A stretch of DNA of 63,841 nt from Planctomycetia bacterium (GTDB taxonomy: Bacteria; Planctomycetota; Planctomycetia; Pirellulales; UBA1268). The translations under genes and the position numbers were made by a program. The notes under the pieces were generated by a model. That model had not been told where the DNA came from, did no database searches, and saw nothing but the letters and a program-made list of their open reading frames with translations. The DNA is taken from NCBI GenBank assembly GCA_046074725.1, contig JBJTOU010000038.1:1-63841 (forward strand). The letters run 5' to 3'. Shown here in pieces: positions 58,783 through 63,841 of the stretch; the stretch's first letter is position 1, and every line of letters starts with the position of its first letter.

Positions 58783-59711
58783 CACCACCGCAGCCGTGCC
58801 CTCACGCCCTCGGCCGAGGCCGCCTCGGCGCTCTTCGCGGCCTGCAGGAGCGCCTGGCGAGCGGTTTCGTCGGCCCCCTCTGGCACCATGATCTGCACCT
58901 CGGCGATGAGATCTCCCTTCGACCCGTTGCCATGCCGCACCCCCATGCCGGCGGCCCGCAGTTTCTTGCCGCTCGACGTGCCGGGTGGAATCCGAAGCGC
59001 GATCGTGCCCCATGGGGTCGGCAGATCGACCTTCGCCCCCTCGATCGCCTCGGAGAGCGACACCGGCAGCGTCACTTCGAGCGTGTCGCCACTGCGCCGG
59101 AAGACAGGATGCGAATCCACGTTCACCGCAAGCAGCAGGTCGCCGGCAGGGCCTCCTCCGGTCCCCGGAAGCCCCTGTCCCCGCAGCCGCATCCGCGAAC
59201 CGCTGGGCAGCCCCTGCGGGATCGTCACGCTGATCGTTTCCGCGGTGCCGCCCCGATCGACGCGGACATCGGTCTTGCCGCCATCGATGGCCAGCCGAAA
59301 GGGAATCGAGATCGAGGCACTCACATTCTCACCCGGCGCCTGCGCCGGTCGCCTCCGGCCGCGGGGCTGCCGGCCGCGACCGAAGAGGTCGCCGAAGCCG
59401 CCGCCAAAAAGGCTTTCGAGATCGATCTCGCCGCCCCCCTGAAACGGTCCGCCTCCGGCCCAGCCGGCTCCCGGGCCGCCCGCACCGACGCCCTCGAACG
59501 AGCTGCCGTAGCGGTCGTACATCTCCCGCTTGCTCGGGTCGTTGAGGACGTCGAACGCGGCCTGAACCTGTTTGAACTTCTCCTTCGCCGCCTCATCGTC
59601 CGGATGGAGATCGGGATGGTATTTCCTCGCGAGCTCCCGGTAGGCCTTGCGAATCTCCTCGGCCGAGGCCGTTCGGCTCACGCCCAGCGTCTGATAGTAG
59701 TCCTCTGCCAT
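58782..59711 (-). CDS. Class II J-domain co-chaperone (CbpA/DnaJ-like, no zinc finger)
   Basis: J domain with HPD, G/F-rich linker and DnaJ C-terminal domains; no CxxCxGxG repeats. Confidence 0.92.
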   Translation of the reverse strand: MAEDYYQTLGVSRTASAEEIRKAYRELARKYHPDLHPDDEAAKEKFKQVQAAFDVLNDPSKREMYDRYGSSFEGVGAGGPGAGWAGGGPFQGGGEIDLESLFGGGFGDLFGRGRQPRGRRRPAQAPGENVSASISIPFRLAIDGGKTDVRVDRGGTAETISVTIPQGLPSGSRMRLRGQGLPGTGGGPAGDLLLAVNVDSHPVFRRSGDTLEVTLPVSLSEAIEGAKVDLPTPWGTIALRIPPGTSSGKKLRAAGMGVRHGNGSKGDLIAEVQIMVPEGADETARQALLQAAKSAEAASAEGVRARLRW

Positions 59712-59794
59712 CGGGGCCGTCGTTCCTCGGAGTGTGAAAACACCGTCAGTCTATTGATCGTCGTGGCGTCGCGAAACGTCCCCGACCGCGGTCG

Positions 59795-62023
59795 CTACCT
59801 GGTGCGACGCGATTTGGCGGCACGGCCGCGGGCTGCCGTCATGGCCGTCCGTCGTCGCCCGGGCTGCTTCGACATCTCGTCCGACGTGCCGCCGCTCGGC
59901 AGGCCGACCGCGGCCTCGGGCTGACGGGCGGATCGCTCCAGGAACTCGACCTGGCACCGGTGCAGCGGGGCGCCCGCCGCGGGCTGCGGCAGGTGAAACA
60001 CGCCGTCGGCATCGAGCCGGCGGGCCCGCACGTTGTCGGCGAGGTAGGTCGGCACGATCTCGTCGAGAATCCGCGACCGCAGGTCCGTGGCAAGGATCGG
60101 ATACATCACTTCGACGCGGCGGAAAAAGTTGCGGGGCATCCAGTCGGCGCTCGAGAGAAAGACCTTGGCATCCTCCCCCGCTCCAAAGACATAGATCCGG
60201 CTGTGCTCGAGGAAGCGATCGACGATGCTCGTCACGCGGATCGTCTCGCTCAAGCCCGGCACTCCGGGCCGCAGACAGCAGATGCCGCGTGCGACGATGT
60301 CGATCGGCACGCCGGCCCGACTGGCCCGGTAGAGCGCCTCGATCACACGGTGATCGACCAGCGAATTGAGCTTCACGAAGATCCGGGCGGGACGGCCGGC
60401 CCGGGCCCGCTCGGCCTGCTCGTCGATCAGTTCGATCGTCCTGCGATGCAGGTCGTTGGGGGCGACGATCAGCCTCCGCCATGCGTGGCCCTGCGAATAG
60501 CCGGTGAGGAGATTGAACAAGGCGGAGGCGTCCTCGCTGAACGCCTCGTCGGCGGTGAAGAGGCCGAGATCGGTGTAGATGGTGGCCGTCGTCGGGTTGT
60601 AGTTGCCGGTGCCGAGGTGCACGTACCGCCGCAGCGACTGCCCCTCGTTCCGCACCACGAGCGAAAGCTTGCAGTGCGTCTTCAGGTCGAGGAAGCCGAA
60701 GACCACGTGCACCCCCGCACGCTCGAGCTGCCGGGCCCAGCTCACGTTGTTGGCCTCGTCGAACCGGGCCTTGAGTTCGACGAGGGCCGTCACATGCTTC
60801 CCCGATTCCGCGGCCGCCATGAGGGCCCGCGAGATCGGCGAATCTCCGCTCGTCCGGTAGAGCGTCTGCTTGATCGCCAACACCCGCGGATCGTTAGCCG
60901 CGGTGGTCACGAACTCGACCACGGGATCGAACGACTCGTAGGGATGATGCAGGAGGATGTCCTGCCGGGCGATGGCCGTGAAGATGTCTCCTCCGCGGCG
61001 ATCGAGGGGAGCCGGCACGCTCGGTGCGAAGGGCTTGTCCTTGAGCCGCTCGAAGCCGGGCATCTTGTAGAGTTCCCACAACGCCGTGAGGTCGAGCGGG
61101 CCGTCGATCCGGTAGACCTCGCCGTAGCCGTCGTCGCGGCCGTCGTGCAAACCCTCGGCGTCGATGATCATCCCGGCGAGGTTTTCGTCGGCCTTGGAGG
61201 CGATCTCGATTCGCACGGCCTGGCCGCGCTGCCGCGCCTTGATTCGCTCCTCGATGAGCCGGAGCATGTCGTCCGATTCCTGCTCGAGCAGCTCGATGTC
61301 GCTGTCGCGGGTGATGCGAAAGGCGGTCCACGACTTCACGGTGAACCCGCCGAAGAGTTCGGGGAGCCGGGCGGCGACGATGTCCTCCAACAGAAGGAAC
61401 GACGTCTTGCCCGGCTGCGATCCTGGCACCGTGACGATCCGCGGCAGCACCTGGGGCACCTGCACGACGGCGAAGAGCTGGTTTGGCCCCAGGCCTTCGG
61501 CATGCTCCAGCATCACGCCAAGATAGAGGCCGCGGTTGTGGTATCGCGGAGAGGGGTGGGCCGGATCGCAGGCCATCGGCGTGAGGATCGGAAGAGCCCG
61601 CTCCCTGAAAAACCGCTCGACATGCGCGAGTTGATCGGCCGCGAGGGCGTCGTACCGCAGCAGCTCGAAGCCCTCCTTCGCCATGGCGGGGCCGATGCTT
61701 TCCTTCAGGCAACGGTACTGCCTCGCGACCAAATCCTGGGTTCGCCTGGCGATCGCCCGCAACTGCTCGATGGCGTTCATGCCGTCGGCGGCGTAATCCT
61801 GCGGGGCGCTCTCTCCGAAGGCCTGCTCCCGGACCCCCGACACGCGGACCATGAAGAATTCGTCGAGGTTGGAGCTGAAGATGGCGAGGAACTTCATCCG
61901 CTCGAGAAGCGGGTTCTGCTCGTTCTCGGCCTCCTCGAGCACCCGCTGGTTGAACTCCAGCCAGCTCAACTCCCGATTGATGAAGGCTTCCGGCCCGATC
62001 GTCTTCTCGCCCGTGTCTGCCAT
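59795..62023 (-). CDS. ppk1: Polyphosphate kinase 1
   Basis: FINRELSWLEFN, LLHHPYESF, IKQTLYR, LKTHCK, GTGNYN, RFLEHSR and SSADWMPRN; start at MADTGEK. Confidence 0.97.
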   Translation of the reverse strand: MADTGEKTIGPEAFINRELSWLEFNQRVLEEAENEQNPLLERMKFLAIFSSNLDEFFMVRVSGVREQAFGESAPQDYAADGMNAIEQLRAIARRTQDLVARQYRCLKESIGPAMAKEGFELLRYDALAADQLAHVERFFRERALPILTPMACDPAHPSPRYHNRGLYLGVMLEHAEGLGPNQLFAVVQVPQVLPRIVTVPGSQPGKTSFLLLEDIVAARLPELFGGFTVKSWTAFRITRDSDIELLEQESDDMLRLIEERIKARQRGQAVRIEIASKADENLAGMIIDAEGLHDGRDDGYGEVYRIDGPLDLTALWELYKMPGFERLKDKPFAPSVPAPLDRRGGDIFTAIARQDILLHHPYESFDPVVEFVTTAANDPRVLAIKQTLYRTSGDSPISRALMAAAESGKHVTALVELKARFDEANNVSWARQLERAGVHVVFGFLDLKTHCKLSLVVRNEGQSLRRYVHLGTGNYNPTTATIYTDLGLFTADEAFSEDASALFNLLTGYSQGHAWRRLIVAPNDLHRRTIELIDEQAERARAGRPARIFVKLNSLVDHRVIEALYRASRAGVPIDIVARGICCLRPGVPGLSETIRVTSIVDRFLEHSRIYVFGAGEDAKVFLSSADWMPRNFFRRVEVMYPILATDLRSRILDEIVPTYLADNVRARRLDADGVFHLPQPAAGAPLHRCQVEFLERSARQPEAAVGLPSGGTSDEMSKQPGRRRTAMTAARGRAAKSRRTR

Positions 62024-62066
62024 CGATTCCTCGTTGTCTGAACCCTCCAAGTGTACCCTTGCCTGG

Positions 62067-63008
62067 ATGACGCCCCAGACCCCCGGCCCGCTTCTGGCCG
62101 CATGCCATGATTTCAGCCACCGGCTGCCCGCATCGCTCACCCCGGGCGGGAACGGCTGGGCCGCGGGCATGGCCTGCATGCTCGAAGCGTCCGCTCCCAA
62201 ACCAGGAAACGTCCATCCCGGCGCCGATTTCCCGGACCTCTCCCACGCGGAACTGATGGCCGCGGCCGAGGCGATCGCGCCGGTCTTCGATGCGTCCCGC
62301 CGCATGCCGCTCGGCGACCTGATTCTCGATGCCGTTCGCCGATCACGGGCGGTGACACGATCCAACGCGAACCTCGGCATCATCCTCGCGCTCGCCCCGC
62401 TGGCGGCCGTATCAGAGGGAACGTGGCGTGAGTGCCGACGGCGTGACTCGTTCGCGCTTGTATGCGACGAAGCGGCGACGGCGATCGCGGGGCTCGGGGC
62501 GGTCGGCGCGGCCCTGGTCTGGACGGCGATCGGCCTGGCCTCGCCCGGTGGCATGGATCGCGCGGATCGTCATGACCTTGCCGGTCCTCCGCCCGCCGAC
62601 ATGCTCGACGCGATGCGAATCGCTGCGGAACGCGACCAGATCGCAAGGCTGTGGGCCTGTGGCTATGCCGAGCTGTGCGAGGGGCTCCTCGCCGATCTCG
62701 CCGCGGCCCTCGACCGGGGGCTCCCGTGGCGGGAGGCGATCGTCGATGGCTTCCTGCGGCAGTTGGCGCGAACGCCCGACTCGCTCATCAAACGACGGCA
62801 CGGATCGGCCGTTGCGGCCGAGGTCTCCCGCCGTGCCGCGGCCGTGCTCGCCATGCCCCCCGAGCGTCGCCTTGCCGCAGAGGCCGAATTCGACCGGTCG
62901 CTCCGAGTTCCCCGCCGGATCAATCCGGGCACCACGGCCGACCTCGTAGCCGCCGCCGTGTACATTCTTCTCAGGAGTTCATGCCATGATAGAACGACAA
63001 CGCCATGA
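62067..63008 (+). CDS. CitG-like triphosphoribosyl-dephospho-CoA synthase family protein
   Basis: LEASAPKPGNVH, NANLGIIL, PDSLI.R.HG and INPGTTADL; start uncertain. Confidence 0.82.
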   Translation: MTPQTPGPLLAACHDFSHRLPASLTPGGNGWAAGMACMLEASAPKPGNVHPGADFPDLSHAELMAAAEAIAPVFDASRRMPLGDLILDAVRRSRAVTRSNANLGIILALAPLAAVSEGTWRECRRRDSFALVCDEAATAIAGLGAVGAALVWTAIGLASPGGMDRADRHDLAGPPPADMLDAMRIAAERDQIARLWACGYAELCEGLLADLAAALDRGLPWREAIVDGFLRQLARTPDSLIKRRHGSAVAAEVSRRAAAVLAMPPERRLAAEAEFDRSLRVPRRINPGTTADLVAAAVYILLRSSCHDRTTTP

Positions 63009-63504
63009 AGTGCGGATGCGCAAGGCGGTGCATGTCTTCTGCGCCGGCCACTTCATCACGCTCACCGATACGCTCTGCGAGCCCGTGCACGGCCACAACT
63101 GGCTCGCCGGCGCCGAGGTGGAGGGCAGGCCCGATGCCCACGGCATGGTCATCGATTTCATCCTGCTCCGCGACCAACTTGCGGCGATCACCGGCCGTCT
63201 CGACCATCGCATGCTGCTCCCGACCAGCAATCCCCTGCTGCGGGTGACGACCGACGAGGTGGCGCCGGGACGGTCGGAGGTGACCGTGCTGTTCGGCGAG
63301 CGGCGGTGGGTGTTTCCGGCGGATGAGTGCGTCCTCCTGCCGCTGGCCAACACCACAGCGGAGTGGATCGCGACGTGGATCGGTGGGGAGCTGCTCCGCG
63401 CGATGGCCGACCGCGGCCAGCCCATCCTCGGCACGCTTCGGATCGAGGTGGACGAATGCCTCGGTCAGTCGGCGGTCTGGGAGAGGTCCGTCACGCCTCG
63501 GTGA
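62986..63504 (+). CDS. 6-pyruvoyltetrahydropterin / 6-carboxytetrahydropterin synthase family (COG0720)
   Basis: F.AGH, CEPVHGHNW, GMVIDF, LDH and NTTAE. Confidence 0.88.
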   Translation: MIERQRHEVRMRKAVHVFCAGHFITLTDTLCEPVHGHNWLAGAEVEGRPDAHGMVIDFILLRDQLAAITGRLDHRMLLPTSNPLLRVTTDEVAPGRSEVTVLFGERRWVFPADECVLLPLANTTAEWIATWIGGELLRAMADRGQPILGTLRIEVDECLGQSAVWERSVTPR

Positions 63505-63841
63505 CGACGATCTTTCCTGCGGCCTCGAGCGACAGCGAGAGCGATCGCTCCGGCAGGCGCAGCCGCATCAGACCGGCTCCATCGGGATTGCGTTCCACCT
63601 GGCCGACCGTGCCCAGGGTCAGCCCCGACTCGGTCAGATAGCGGAGGAACTCCGACGATTGGTCGAGCACACGCGTCAGCCTGAATCCCGCCCCTTCAGC
63701 GATGGATGCAAGCGATCGACCGCCCCCCTCCTCGACCACCTGCATGATCATCGCCTCGCCACGCGGGATCGGATCGCCATGCGGATCGACGTCGGGATGG
63801 CCGAGAAAGCTGTCGATCCGATCGACGAGCAGGTCGCTGAC
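63491..63841 (-). CDS. DtxR/MntR-family metal-dependent regulator, C-terminal part; 5' end is outside the window
   Basis: Open frame from the window end: VSDLLVDRIDSFLGHPDVDPHGDPIP, followed by a FeoA-like domain (FLRYL..SGL..G). Confidence 0.85.
   Translation of the reverse strand, partial: VSDLLVDRIDSFLGHPDVDPHGDPIPRGEAMIMQVVEEGGGRSLASIAEGAGFRLTRVLDQSSEFLRYLTESGLTLGTVGQVERNPDGAGLMRLRLPERSLSLSLEAAGKIVVTEA

Overview
This is a GC-rich, densely coding bacterial chromosome segment, most likely from Planctomycetota (Pirellulales-like). That assignment is inferred from a DUF1571 protein, the dnaJ-like/rnpA/yidD arrangement without rpmH or yidC, rsmH outside a dcw cluster, a long NagB-PIG-L fusion and a CitG-like C1-cluster gene. 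About 51 protein genes and one tRNA-Lys(CTT) can be supported. Most are housekeeping or metabolic: pyc (partial), msrA, mpg, ychF, an RND pump with a CecR-like regulator, an aldehyde dehydrogenase, cbiET, iscA/iscS, queA, rsmH, suhB, nagB, fabI, rnpA, ppk1 and a QueD/PTPS. I saw no transposase, integrase, prophage, rRNA or CRISPR array. The best candidate for an undescribed system is 25.9-36.7 kb: two coupled giant envelope genes (1153 and 2070 aa) that appear to be three copies of one ~1000-aa exported, membrane-anchored module, with an internal signal-peptide-like junction, followed by a secreted HExxH metallopeptidase. Also notable are a YhaO/SbcD-like subunit that has lost its metal-binding motifs next to an intact membrane-anchored YhaN ATPase, a GT2 plus GT-C-like fusion, an in-frame TAA in a Nudix-like gene, a PTPS with a CExxHGH motif beside a CitG-like gene, and a ~150-nt intergenic rod-like structure between mpg and ychF. 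All family calls come from motif recognition by eye; no database searches were run.
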